This document shows, in pieces, positions 37,642 to 47,516 of a stretch of 64,000 nucleotides of DNA. The DNA is from an uncultured Bacilli bacterium. GTDB lineage: Bacteria; Bacillota_I; Bacilli_A; RF39; UBA660. A program made the position numbers and the translations under genes. The notes beneath the pieces are model-generated. The model was not told where the DNA came from. It made no database searches and worked only from the letters and a program-made list of their open reading frames with translations. Within the stretch, counting starts at the first letter, position 1, and each line of letters starts with the position of its first letter. Where the stretch lies: the NCBI GenBank assembly GCA_947623685.1, contig CANQHF010000004.1, forward strand, positions 3,459 through 67,458, in the 5' to 3' direction.

Positions 37642-38226
37642 ATGACAATATTTTTATTAGTTGTTTTAACGTTAATGGTATTAGTTACTATGATATGTTC
37701 AATAATAACAACAATAATTGAAGTAAAGGATAAAAAACAAGGACATTTAGTTAAAAAAGTTTTGTCTATAACAGGCATTGTTTTAGTTATCACAATAGTA
37801 GTAGTTGCTGCGGTAGGTGTTTCTTATTTTAAAAAGGATAATGTTAAAGAAAATAATACAATTACTTTAGAAAATGCTGGATTTAATAGCGTTACTTTAG
37901 ATGAATATTTAAATTTACTAAAAGGTTCTGAAAAAAGTGTTATTTTAGTAGCAAGACCTACTTGTAGTTTTTGTGAAATGTTTACCCCAGTTTTAAAACA
38001 AGCTAGCGAAGAATTAGGGGTAAAGATTAACTATATTAATATTGATGAATTTACGGATGATGATTGGACTAAATTTAATTCTTCATTAGAATATTTAAAC
38101 ACTGAAGAATGGGGAACACCACTTACTTTGATCGTTCAAAATAACGAAGCTGTCGATATAAATAGTGGATACGTTGAATTAAGTGAAATAAAAAAATTCT
38201 TTACGGATAATGGCCTTGGAGAATAA
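37642..38226 (+). CDS. membrane-anchored thioredoxin-fold protein
   Basis: N-terminal TM region; CSFC redox motif within RPTCSFCEMFTP. Confidence 0.65.
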   Translation: MTIFLLVVLTLMVLVTMICSIITTIIEVKDKKQGHLVKKVLSITGIVLVITIVVVAAVGVSYFKKDNVKENNTITLENAGFNSVTLDEYLNLLKGSEKSVILVARPTCSFCEMFTPVLKQASEELGVKINYINIDEFTDDDWTKFNSSLEYLNTEEWGTPLTLIVQNNEAVDINSGYVELSEIKKFFTDNGLGE

Positions 38227-38228
38227 AA

Positions 38229-38669
38229 ATGGACACTAGCGTATATGAAAGTTGCAAAAGCTTTTTAAAAAAATATCCTATGACGATTGCTTTTAGAGTA
38301 AAAAAACATTCTCAAGTGGTTCAAGAACACATAAATGATGATGAGGTTGTTTTGTTTACTTTTGCTGGTCAGAAGGATGCTAACATATTGCAACCTTTTT
38401 ACACAACCGTAATTGTTTTTACTAACAAAAGGATGCTTCTTGGAAGAAAAAGGTATTTTGGAAGATATTATTATTCTTCAATTACTCCAGATATGTTAAA
38501 TGATTTTCAAATTAAATCAAATATTTTATATGGTATGGTAGAAATTGATACGGTTAAAGAACATTTTATAATGAACTGTTTAGATAAGAAATCATTAACT
38601 TCAATAGAAGATGCTTTATCAAAATATTTGGTAAATGAAAAATTAAAATATTTGAAAAAACAATCTTAA
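38229..38669 (+). CDS. bacterial PH-domain-like protein (YokE/bPH type)
   Basis: VIVFTNKRMLLGRK...ITPDMLNDFQIKSNILYGMVEIDT pattern; starts 2 nt after the preceding stop. Confidence 0.4.
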   Translation: MDTSVYESCKSFLKKYPMTIAFRVKKHSQVVQEHINDDEVVLFTFAGQKDANILQPFYTTVIVFTNKRMLLGRKRYFGRYYYSSITPDMLNDFQIKSNILYGMVEIDTVKEHFIMNCLDKKSLTSIEDALSKYLVNEKLKYLKKQS

Positions 38670-38670
38670 T

Positions 38671-38854
38671 AAAGTAATTTTATTTAGTCTACCAGTTATT
38701 GGTTTAATTTTCTTAATAATTTTTTCTTTAAATGATAAAAATATTAATGGAAGAAATTATGCAAGATCGTTTTTTCTGCCTGTATATAATTATTTTTGTA
38801 GTAATTATAATTTTAACTGTTGCTGGTGTATCATTTATAGAATTTTTAAATTAA
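38671..38854 (+). pseudogene. decayed small two-TM membrane ORF
   Basis: Two frames together read ...LFSLPVIGLIFLIIFSLNDKNINGRNYARSFF / CLYIIIFVVIIILTVAGVSFIEFLN*. No start or RBS for the first frame; the 40-codon ATG frame 38732-38854 has no SD. Confidence 0.3.
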
Positions 38855-38857
38855 ATA

Positions 38858-38887
38858 AAAACTCGAGAAATCGAGTTTTATTTTTTT
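38858..38887 (+). terminator. terminator
   Basis: AAAACTCGA-GAAA-TCGAGTTTT hairpin plus T-run. Confidence 0.75.
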
Positions 38888-38956
38888 GAAATTTTAAAAT
38901 ATTAGATGTAAAAACATAAAACTATGATAAAATTATAATAAGAGGTGATATGTAAT

Positions 38957-39523
38957 ATGACTAACTTATGGTTATACATATTTATAATTATTGTTATTAT
39001 TATTTTAGTTTCAATATTTATTATATATAACAGTTTTATTAAATTAAATAACAAAGTTAAAGAAGCTTTTTCTACGATGGATGTTTATTTAAAAAAAAGA
39101 TGGGATTTAATTCCAAATATTGTTGAAACAGTAAAAGGATACGCAAATCATGAATCTAAAACTTTAAAAGAAATAGTTGATTTAAGAAGTAATGTTTATG
39201 ATAAAATGTCGAGTGATGAAAAAATCAAGACCAATGAACAATTATCAATTGGGGTTAATAATATTATGGCTTTAGCGGAATCATATCCTGATTTAAAGGC
39301 CAGTGAAAATTTTATTAACTTAAGTAATCAACTTTCTAAAGTTGAAGATGATATTGCTAATTCAAGAAAATATTATAATGGAACAGTAAGAATTTATAAT
39401 AATAAGGTTGAAATGTTTCCATCTAATATTATTGCAAAATTATTTGGTTATAAATCAAAATCAATGTTTGAAGCAAATGCTAATGAAAGAGAAAATGTAA
39501 AAGTTGAGTTTAATGAGGAATAA
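38957..39523 (+). CDS. lemA: LemA-family membrane protein
   Basis: N-terminal TM helix, then YNSFIKLNNKVKEAFS..DV.LKKRWDLIPN and LSKVEDDIANSRKYYN motifs. Confidence 0.85.
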   Translation: MTNLWLYIFIIIVIIILVSIFIIYNSFIKLNNKVKEAFSTMDVYLKKRWDLIPNIVETVKGYANHESKTLKEIVDLRSNVYDKMSSDEKIKTNEQLSIGVNNIMALAESYPDLKASENFINLSNQLSKVEDDIANSRKYYNGTVRIYNNKVEMFPSNIIAKLFGYKSKSMFEANANERENVKVEFNEE

Positions 39524-39524
39524 G

Positions 39525-41588
39525 ATGCTAAAAAGATTTAATAAATTATTTTTATTTGTTGTAGTTATATTATTATTTTTATTTACTTGCCCTAAAAACA
39601 TTTATGCACTATCACAGCAATATTTAGATATTAATGATAATATTAAGAATTCAACCCTTAAAAATCTATCATATGATTCAACCGGTATAGTTACTAATAA
39701 TGATACTAAAATAAATATAATTCCTAGTAAAAGTAGTAAATATAGTATGTATGATTATGTAATAGATAAATATGATGTAAACATAGTGGTTAATGAAAAT
39801 AACACTTTTAATATTACAGAAACCATAACAGCTTATTTTAATGTTCCAAAACATGGAATATTTAGAACTATTCCTATAAAAAATAAAATTATAAGATTAG
39901 ATGGTACTACATCAACTAATCATGCCCGGGTATCAAACATAGATGTTGATAATGAATATACAATATCTAAAGAAAATGGAAATTATAAGATACAAATAGG
40001 ATCGAAAGATCATGAAATAACAGGCGAGCAGACATATGTAATTAAATATACTTATAATTTAGGAAAAGATCCAATAAAAAATTATGATGAGTTGTATTAT
40101 AATATAATCGGTAATGAATGGGATACCGTTATTGGTAATGTAACATTTACCATTATAATGCCAAAGGACTTTGATTCAAATAAATTAGGTTTTTCAGCCG
40201 GGAAAAAAGGATCAACTAGTAATGATAATATTAAATATAGTGTAAGTGAAAATACTATTTATGGAAGTTATGATGGGGTTTTAGAAGTTGGTCAAGCGCT
40301 AACAATAAGATGTGAACTTGATGATGGCTATTTTGTTAATGCTGGCCTACCATTTAGTTTAATTAATTATATTATTATTTTTACCCCAATATTATTTTTA
40401 ATGTTAGCATTGTTTTTATGGTTTATATTTGGACGTGATGATCAAGTTATTGAAACGGTTGAATTTTATCCGCCAGCAGGACTTAATAGTTTGGAAGTAG
40501 GTTATTTATATAAGGGCAAAGCTGATAATAAAGATGTTACATCATTACTTATATATTTAGCAAATAAAGGATATATAAAAATAGAAGAAATAGAACAAAA
40601 TGGTATGTTCTCAAAATCAAAAATATTTAAAATAATTAAATTAAAAGAATACGATGGAAATAATTTAAATGAACAAATATTTTTTAATGGTTTATTTAAG
40701 AAAAAAAGAACTGCTATTTCTTATGTTAAAGAGAATCAAGAAAATAATGTAGATGAAGTTACTTTTTTAGATTTATATGATAATTTTTACATTACAATAA
40801 ATAGAATATTATCTAACATAAATAGTTCTGAAAATGAATATAAAATATTTGAAAAAAAAGCTTCTAGTAAAAAAATCTTAATTATTCTTATGATTATTCT
40901 AACTTATTGCTTAATTACGATTCCACCAGTCATTAATTATGGACAATTTGAACTTTTAATTTTTGCTCTTTTATTTCCTGGAATTAGTTTATATTTTATA
41001 CTTAAAACATTATTTGGTAATAAATTAACGGTTTATGTTAATACTAAAGCTACTAACTCATATATAATGACTATAATTTGGGCATTATTATTTGGTGGTA
41101 TTCCATGGTTATTTTTGGTTTTACCTTCTTTATTACAAGAAACAGCATATCTAGTTGGATATATAATTGGTATTATTTGTATTTTCGGAATGTCAATTTG
41201 CTTAAAATATTTACCAAAAAGAACAAAATATGGTAATCAAATATTAGGAAAATTAAAGGGATTTAAAAATTTTTTAGAAACTGCAGAAAAACAAAAATTA
41301 GAAGCATTAGTTATGCAAGAACCTGAGTATTTTTATAATATTTTACCATATACTTATGTATTGGGTGTATCAGATAAGTGGATTAAAAAATTTGAAAGTA
41401 TATCATTACAGTCACCAACTTGGTATAATGGTACAAATGGTTTTGATATTACAATTTTTGGAGCAGCTATGGATAATGCTATGAGTTCATTTGATGATGC
41501 TACTTCATATAATTCATCTGATATATCATCATCAGGTGGTGGTTCTTCTGGAGATGGCTCCGGTGGTGGCGGAGGCGGTTCTTGGTAG
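39525..41588 (+). CDS. DUF2207-family membrane protein (LemA partner)
   Basis: ATG 39525 directly after the lemA stop; signal peptide, beta-rich ectodomain, TM bundle, Gly/Ser tail ...GGGSSGDGSGGGGGGSW. Confidence 0.75.
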   Translation: MLKRFNKLFLFVVVILLFLFTCPKNIYALSQQYLDINDNIKNSTLKNLSYDSTGIVTNNDTKINIIPSKSSKYSMYDYVIDKYDVNIVVNENNTFNITETITAYFNVPKHGIFRTIPIKNKIIRLDGTTSTNHARVSNIDVDNEYTISKENGNYKIQIGSKDHEITGEQTYVIKYTYNLGKDPIKNYDELYYNIIGNEWDTVIGNVTFTIIMPKDFDSNKLGFSAGKKGSTSNDNIKYSVSENTIYGSYDGVLEVGQALTIRCELDDGYFVNAGLPFSLINYIIIFTPILFLMLALFLWFIFGRDDQVIETVEFYPPAGLNSLEVGYLYKGKADNKDVTSLLIYLANKGYIKIEEIEQNGMFSKSKIFKIIKLKEYDGNNLNEQIFFNGLFKKKRTAISYVKENQENNVDEVTFLDLYDNFYITINRILSNINSSENEYKIFEKKASSKKILIILMIILTYCLITIPPVINYGQFELLIFALLFPGISLYFILKTLFGNKLTVYVNTKATNSYIMTIIWALLFGGIPWLFLVLPSLLQETAYLVGYIIGIICIFGMSICLKYLPKRTKYGNQILGKLKGFKNFLETAEKQKLEALVMQEPEYFYNILPYTYVLGVSDKWIKKFESISLQSPTWYNGTNGFDITIFGAAMDNAMSSFDDATSYNSSDISSSGGGSSGDGSGGGGGGSW

Positions 41589-41661
41589 TAAAATAAAAGG
41601 ACAATTAATACTATTAATAAATAGTGTATAATTGTCTTTTTTATATTTATACAAACTTTAA

Positions 41662-42081
41662 TTAACCTTTGTATTTTAATAAAATTGCAATAATTATAAA
41701 AATAATAGCTGGTAATAAAAATTCTATACCCCTTACTAAAATAAATACATAAAATGGACTAGAATTACAATTAGAATAATAAGTTATCCAGTCAAGATTT
41801 AGTATTATAATAAATCCTAGAATTAAAATTAGAGATATAAAGAATAAAATTAAACTTATTATTTTTTTAATACCTATTTTTTCCTTTTTTCTTTTTTTAT
41901 TAATTATGTAAATTAATGATAGTAAAACGTAAGTTATAAAACAAAATATAAATAATAAATAAGTAAATGTTGTAAAAGTAGAAATATTTCCAAAATGATA
42001 CAAGCTAAATATTTCAGCAATAAAAAAAGTCATTATTAAAGATAAAATAATAGTTACTAAGATTGTTAATATTTTTTTCAT
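41662..42081 (-). CDS. small polytopic membrane protein, unknown function
   Basis: Four predicted TM helices; no family recognised. Confidence 0.45.
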   Translation of the reverse strand: MKKILTILVTIILSLIMTFFIAEIFSLYHFGNISTFTTFTYLLFIFCFITYVLLSLIYIINKKRKKEKIGIKKIISLILFFISLILILGFIIILNLDWITYYSNCNSSPFYVFILVRGIEFLLPAIIFIIIAILLKYKG

Positions 42082-42227
42082 ATTTTTCCCTTTATTGTTT
42101 GAAAAGTTAAATATCTATTTCTAATAGTATTATAGCACAAAATAGGTATGTATAAAAAATTTTGATTGTATGTTAAAATATATTTATGATAGATAATTTG
42201 TTATTATAGATTGGAGGATATTTAAAA

Positions 42228-42572
42228 ATGACAAAAACAAATGCAAATGATTTTTTAGGTAAAGAGGTAACTGTAAAGATAGACAGACAACTAGGCTCAA
42301 GACATCCAAAACATGGATTTATGTATATGTTAAATTATGGTTTTATACCTAATACAATTAGTGGTGATGGCGAAGAGTTAGATGCTTACTTAGTTGGTGA
42401 ATTTGAGCCAGTAGAAGAAAGCAAAGGTAAAGTAATAGCTATAATTCATAGGACAAACGATGATGATGATAAATTGGTTGTTTCTAAAGATAGTAAAGAA
42501 TATTCAGATGATGCTATTAGAGCTATGACAGAATTTCAAGAACAATTTTTTGAATCAGTTATTATTAGATAA
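42228..42572 (+). CDS. short family-I inorganic pyrophosphatase-like protein
   Basis: YGFIPNTISGDGEELDAYLVG and NDDDDKLVV resemble the PPase Asp clusters, but the ORF is only 114 aa. Confidence 0.55.
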   Translation: MTKTNANDFLGKEVTVKIDRQLGSRHPKHGFMYMLNYGFIPNTISGDGEELDAYLVGEFEPVEESKGKVIAIIHRTNDDDDKLVVSKDSKEYSDDAIRAMTEFQEQFFESVIIR

Positions 42573-42598
42573 AAATTTAATGTAAGGGGGCAAAAATA

Positions 42599-44797
42599 AT
42601 GGAACAATTAGAGTTAGAAAAGGAAAAGGCAAAGTTAAAGCAAATATTAGAAATAATAAATATAGTATTAAAAGATGAACAATTAGATTTGCAAAAATTA
42701 TATAAAGATTTTATTGGTGATAGAGAAGAATTATGGCGTATTGCTGATACTAAAAAATTACATATTACTAATTTAGAAACTTCTCTTAATAAGCCTTATT
42801 TTGCCAGAATTGATTTTACAGCTGAGGATACTGGTAAAACTAGTACTATTTATATTGGTAACAATGGTGTTATGCAAGGTACTGATATAGTGGTTACTGA
42901 TTGGCGAGCTCCAATATCTTCTCTATATTATGATGCGGAAATTGGTGAATGTAGTTTTGAAACACCAACAGGGGAAATTAAAGGTAATATGTCTTTAAAA
43001 AGACAATATGAAATTGAGGCAGGAGAATTATTAGAATGCTTTGATGTTGATTTAGTTTCAAATGATAATTTATTACAAAAATATCTTAATAGTAATAATG
43101 ATACAAGATTGAAAAGCATTGTTTCAACAATTCAAAAAGAGCAAAATAGTGTTATTAGAAAACAAATTTTTAATAATTTAATTATACAAGGTGTAGCAGG
43201 TTCAGGAAAAACCACAGTAGCATTACATAGAATAGCATATTTAGTTTATAATTATATAAGAAATATAAAGCAAAACCAATATTTAATTATTGGACCTAAC
43301 CCAGTATTTTTGAAGTATATAAAATCAGTTTTACCAGATCTTGATGTAAATGGTGTAGAACAATGTACTTATGAAGATTTTGCTAAACAATATATAGGGG
43401 AAGATATAAATATTACTTCTTCAGATAAGAAAGTTACTAATCATATAGTTGGAAAAGTTACTTCAGGAATTGATGGATTCAAATGTTCAATGCAATATAA
43501 AGAAATGTTGGATAAGTTTTTGAAAGTATATTTTTATAGTATAACTGCAAAACCATTAATGTTAGGTGATTTTGAAGTTTTATCAAAAGATGAAATAACA
43601 AAAGCATTTCAAAGTACTGCACATGATTATTTTAATAATTTAAATAACAGAATTGAAATTACTATTGATAGGCTTTGTAAATTAGTCGAAAAAAAACAAG
43701 ACTCAATTTATCATGATTATGGTGATTATTCTTTTGAATTATTTAAAACTGCAAAAACTGATGCAGAAAAAAACAAGTTAAGAAGTATGTTCGCAAAGGA
43801 TAGAACTGAAATTTCAAAAAATTGCAGAAGTATTATAAGGAAGTATTTCACTAAAAGCAAAATTGATTCTACAAAATTATATAAATTATTTATTAATACA
43901 ATTACTGACTTTGATATTTATAACTATGACAAATTAGTTCAATTAAAAAAAGAAACAAGTAAAAGTATTAAAAATAATGCCTTTGATTTTGAAGATTTAC
44001 CAGCTTTAATGTATATAAAATCAGTTATAGCACCAAATAAAGATTATGAAAAAATTAAACATGTTGTTATTGATGAAGCACAAGATTTTGGTGAGTTTAA
44101 TTTCTATGTAATGAAAAAAACATTACCATCTGCAACATTTAGTATTTTTGGTGATTTGGCTCAATCAATTTATGATTACAGGGGAATTAGAAGTTGGGAT
44201 GAGGTAAACTCAGCTATGTTTGATAACAAAGGTGAAATAATATATTTTAATAAAAGTTATCGTACAACTGCTGAAATAATGGAAGTTGCTGATGATGTTG
44301 CAGAGAGTATAGGTTTAAATCGTTCTGCGCTTGTTATAAGACATGGTGAAGATGTTCATATAAGCGAAGTTGTTCAAGAAGATGAAATTCCACAATATAT
44401 TACAAAAAAGATAACGGAATATAAACAAAAAGGTTATAGAACTATTGCTGTTATAAGCAAAACTGATTTACTTTCTAATTATATTAATGATGATTTAAAT
44501 GCTTTAGGTTTAAATATTCCAAATGTAACTGCTAACGATGATGTAAATGATGAGAAGTTTAGAATCTGTACTATTTCTAATCAACTTGCAAAAGGATTAG
44601 AGTTTGATGCTGTAATTATAAATAATGCAAATGAAAGGCTATATTCATCTGATAATAATTTAGATATGAAATTATTATATGTTGCAATAACAAGAGCCTT
44701 ACATGAATTAGATATTGTTTATAATGGTACTTTAACAAAATCATTGGGAAATAGTTTAAAGAAAAACAAAATTCGCCAATTGTTAAGGTCTAAATAA
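42599..44797 (+). CDS. helD: HelD-type helicase (helicase IV family, RNA polymerase-associated)
   Basis: DWRAPISSLYYD N-terminal signature; GVAGSGKTTVALHR Walker A; VIDEAQDF; KGLEFDAVI; YVAITRAL. Confidence 0.8.
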   Translation: MEQLELEKEKAKLKQILEIINIVLKDEQLDLQKLYKDFIGDREELWRIADTKKLHITNLETSLNKPYFARIDFTAEDTGKTSTIYIGNNGVMQGTDIVVTDWRAPISSLYYDAEIGECSFETPTGEIKGNMSLKRQYEIEAGELLECFDVDLVSNDNLLQKYLNSNNDTRLKSIVSTIQKEQNSVIRKQIFNNLIIQGVAGSGKTTVALHRIAYLVYNYIRNIKQNQYLIIGPNPVFLKYIKSVLPDLDVNGVEQCTYEDFAKQYIGEDINITSSDKKVTNHIVGKVTSGIDGFKCSMQYKEMLDKFLKVYFYSITAKPLMLGDFEVLSKDEITKAFQSTAHDYFNNLNNRIEITIDRLCKLVEKKQDSIYHDYGDYSFELFKTAKTDAEKNKLRSMFAKDRTEISKNCRSIIRKYFTKSKIDSTKLYKLFINTITDFDIYNYDKLVQLKKETSKSIKNNAFDFEDLPALMYIKSVIAPNKDYEKIKHVVIDEAQDFGEFNFYVMKKTLPSATFSIFGDLAQSIYDYRGIRSWDEVNSAMFDNKGEIIYFNKSYRTTAEIMEVADDVAESIGLNRSALVIRHGEDVHISEVVQEDEIPQYITKKITEYKQKGYRTIAVISKTDLLSNYINDDLNALGLNIPNVTANDDVNDEKFRICTISNQLAKGLEFDAVIINNANERLYSSDNNLDMKLLYVAITRALHELDIVYNGTLTKSLGNSLKKNKIRQLLRSK

Positions 44798-45221
44798 ATT
44801 TTAATAATTAAAAAAATATGGCAATTCATTTTGAAAAATAGAGATATAGTGTTTATAGAACAATTGATTTGTATAAATTAACACTAGTTTTGTATTTTTT
44901 CATTAATACTTAATACTAAATTATCAAAAAATGCAATGTCAAAATAAAAAACAGGATATGGAATGGCACCAAACGGAGATTAAAACTCTTATTTCATAAG
45001 AATTTTTCTCCGTTTTTTTGGTGCAAAAATATTTTCGCACTTGCGAAAATGAGTATATTTATATGCAAAGTATATGTACTTTTTGTTAAAAGTCTTATTT
45101 TATAAGAAAAGACTATATGCACTTTTTAAGAATTTACTAGATTTTACTTTTTTTAATCATTTCTATTATCTTTATTAACAACAAAAAATCACATAAATAT
45201 CAAATACTATGAACTTGTTAT

Positions 45222-45253
45222 ATAAAAATAAAAACTCGCTAGTGTGCGAGTTT
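45222..45253 (-). terminator. terminator of the tRNA-Cys/tRNA-Gly unit
   Basis: AAACTCGC/GCGAGTTT hairpin; on the minus strand it is followed by a T-run. Confidence 0.7.
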
Positions 45254-45262
45254 AAATCTCAA

Positions 45263-45337
45263 TGGAGCAAGTGAGGAGAATCGAACTCCCGTCTCAGCCT
45301 TGGCAAGGCCGCGTACTAACCGTTGTACTACACCTGC
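45263..45337 (-). tRNA. tRNA-Gly (anticodon GCC)
   Basis: Reverse complement folds as acceptor GCAGGTG/CACTTGC, anticodon loop TTGCCAA, T-arm GGGAG-TTCGATT-CTCCT, CCA. Confidence 0.85.
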
Positions 45338-45345
45338 ATATAAAT

Positions 45346-45420
45346 TGGAGGGGCCAGACGGATTTGAACCGACGATCGTGGAGTTGCAGTCCAATGCCTT
45401 ACCAACTTGGCTATAGCCCC
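45346..45420 (-). tRNA. tRNA-Cys (anticodon GCA)
   Basis: Reverse complement folds as acceptor GGGGCTA/TGGCCCC, anticodon loop CTGCAAC, T-loop TTCAAAT, CCA; one T-T mismatch in the T-stem. Confidence 0.8.
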
Positions 45421-45556
45421 GTGTAGAAAATTATAACATAATTAATAAATAAATATCAAGTGTTATTCTTTATATTTTATGTAATTTAATTAATTATATT
45501 TCATAAAGAATAATTTTTTTAATATGTTTAATACTAATTATGAAAGGAAAAATAAA

Positions 45557-45985
45557 ATGGAAGAAAATTTAAATGTATTGGATGAATTAAATAAAGGTGC
45601 AACTATGGGAATGGATGCAATAAATTTTGTTTTAGAAAAAGTTGAAGACGATGGTTTTAGAACCGTTTTGGAAAAGCAGTATGCTGATTATGAAGCCGTT
45701 TCTAAAAAAGTAGAAGAAATTTATTCAAAATATAGTTCTAAAAGTCCTCACGAAACAAATGCAATTAACAAAGCTATGACGTGGTATGGGGTTCAAATGA
45801 AAACTTTTGCAGATAAGAGTAACTCAAAGATTGCAGAACTTCTACTTCAAGGTACTAACATGGGAATAATAGAAGGAAGAAAGCTTCTTAATAATAAGAA
45901 GGTTGATAAGGAAATTAACAAATTATTAGATGCCTTTGTTACCATGCAAGAAAATTGTGTTGAAGTATTAAAAAAATATTTATAA
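45557..45985 (+). CDS. four-helix-bundle (ferritin-like/DUF2383-type) protein
   Basis: ATG 45557 follows AAAGGA; helical heptad-rich sequence; family name tentative. Confidence 0.35.
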   Translation: MEENLNVLDELNKGATMGMDAINFVLEKVEDDGFRTVLEKQYADYEAVSKKVEEIYSKYSSKSPHETNAINKAMTWYGVQMKTFADKSNSKIAELLLQGTNMGIIEGRKLLNNKKVDKEINKLLDAFVTMQENCVEVLKKYL

Positions 45986-46110
45986 CCAAACCAAAATGGC
46001 TTGGTTTTTCTTTACACTTTAAAAAAATATATGTTTATTACTTTCTTTATTATATTATAATATTATTAGATTATAGCGTATAATTACATAAAATAAAGTG
46101 GAGGTTAATT

Positions 46111-47010
46111 ATGAAGTATATAATAGATACTGATCCAGGAATAGATGATGCCATAGCAATTATGTTAGGAGTTAAGAATAATTTAGACATAATCGGTTTT
46201 ACTTTGGCAAGTGGTAATATTCCAACTTATAAATCAGAGAAAAATCTTAAAGTAATACAAGATTTTTTAAATAGTAACATAAAAATGTATAAGGGTTCTT
46301 TTGAAAATAAGTGTGATCATAAGACAGCTGAATATGCTCATGGAATAGATGGCCTTGGTTATGCTGTTTTTCCAGATAATAATAAAAGAAAATTTGAAAA
46401 GTTAAAAGCTGAAGATTTCATCATAAAATCATCAAAGAAATATAAAGATGATTTAACCATTGTTTGTTTTGGACCACTTACGAATTTAGCAAACGCGATA
46501 AGAAAGGATAAAAACTTAGCAAAAAGATTAAAACACGTTTTGATAATGGGCACAACTTATAATCCGGAATCAACAAGCGCATATTTAGAGTTTAACGTAA
46601 ACGTTGATCCTTCTTCTGCAAGGGTGGTATTTGATGCTCCCTTTGATGACATAAAAGTAGTTACTCATGAAATAGGAGTAAGGTCATTTGTTGAAAAAGA
46701 ATACGTAGAAAATTTAAAAAATTCTGATAAATTATTATCTAGGTTTGTTGGATTAATTTCTGAAAAATACATTGAGTTTAGTTATGATAATTATGGTACT
46801 ATTGGATTAGGCACCCCAGATCCTACCACGATGGCATCATTAATTGATCCTAACATTATTAAATTTGAACCATGTCAAGTAGAAATTGTATCAGAAGGAA
46901 GTAAAAAAGGAGAATGTCATATTAAACTTACTGATAAAAGTAATATAATGGTATCGGTGGATTTTGATTTAGAAAAATTTAGAGATGTATTTAAAAAGAC
47001 ATTTAATTAA
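46111..47010 (+). CDS. nucleoside hydrolase (IUNH family)
   Basis: IIDTDPGIDDAIAI aspartate cluster at the N-terminus; 299 aa. Confidence 0.85.
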   Translation: MKYIIDTDPGIDDAIAIMLGVKNNLDIIGFTLASGNIPTYKSEKNLKVIQDFLNSNIKMYKGSFENKCDHKTAEYAHGIDGLGYAVFPDNNKRKFEKLKAEDFIIKSSKKYKDDLTIVCFGPLTNLANAIRKDKNLAKRLKHVLIMGTTYNPESTSAYLEFNVNVDPSSARVVFDAPFDDIKVVTHEIGVRSFVEKEYVENLKNSDKLLSRFVGLISEKYIEFSYDNYGTIGLGTPDPTTMASLIDPNIIKFEPCQVEIVSEGSKKGECHIKLTDKSNIMVSVDFDLEKFRDVFKKTFN

Positions 47011-47051
47011 AGAGTTAAAAAGTTAACTCTTTTTTTCATATAATAAATTAG

Positions 47052-47510
47052 GTGATTAGTGTGAATAACGAACAAAGTGTTTATGCTGTTGCAAATATAG
47101 CTGGTGATATTTCTTCTCCAAATTTAAAGGGGCTTGCTTATTTTATGCCATTTAAGGATGGTACAATGGTAGAAGTTGAAGTATCAGGACTACCAGGATA
47201 TAAACCGTATGAACTTTTTCCAATTCATATTCATGATGGGAAAAATTGCGATATTTCAACAAGCGGAACGTTTGATAATGTAAAAGGTCATTATAATCCA
47301 ACCAATGAAGAACATCCATATCATGCCGGTGATATGCCTGTTTTATTTTCCAATAATGGGTATGCGTATATGAAATTTTATACAACGAGATTTAAACCAT
47401 TTGATGTAGAAAATAAATTAGTTATTATTCACGAAGCAGTAAAAAATGAAAACACAAGTTCTTTTGGCAGAAAAATAGGGTGCGGTAAAATAGAAAAATA
47501 TAAATTATAA
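47052..47510 (+). CDS. sodC: Cu/Zn superoxide dismutase-like protein without signal peptide
   Basis: Metal-ligand pattern IHIHDGKNC, GHYNP, HPYHAGDMP, VIIHE; GTG start (47052 or 47061). Confidence 0.75.
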   Translation: MISVNNEQSVYAVANIAGDISSPNLKGLAYFMPFKDGTMVEVEVSGLPGYKPYELFPIHIHDGKNCDISTSGTFDNVKGHYNPTNEEHPYHAGDMPVLFSNNGYAYMKFYTTRFKPFDVENKLVIIHEAVKNENTSSFGRKIGCGKIEKYKL

Positions 47511-47516
47511 AAAGAA

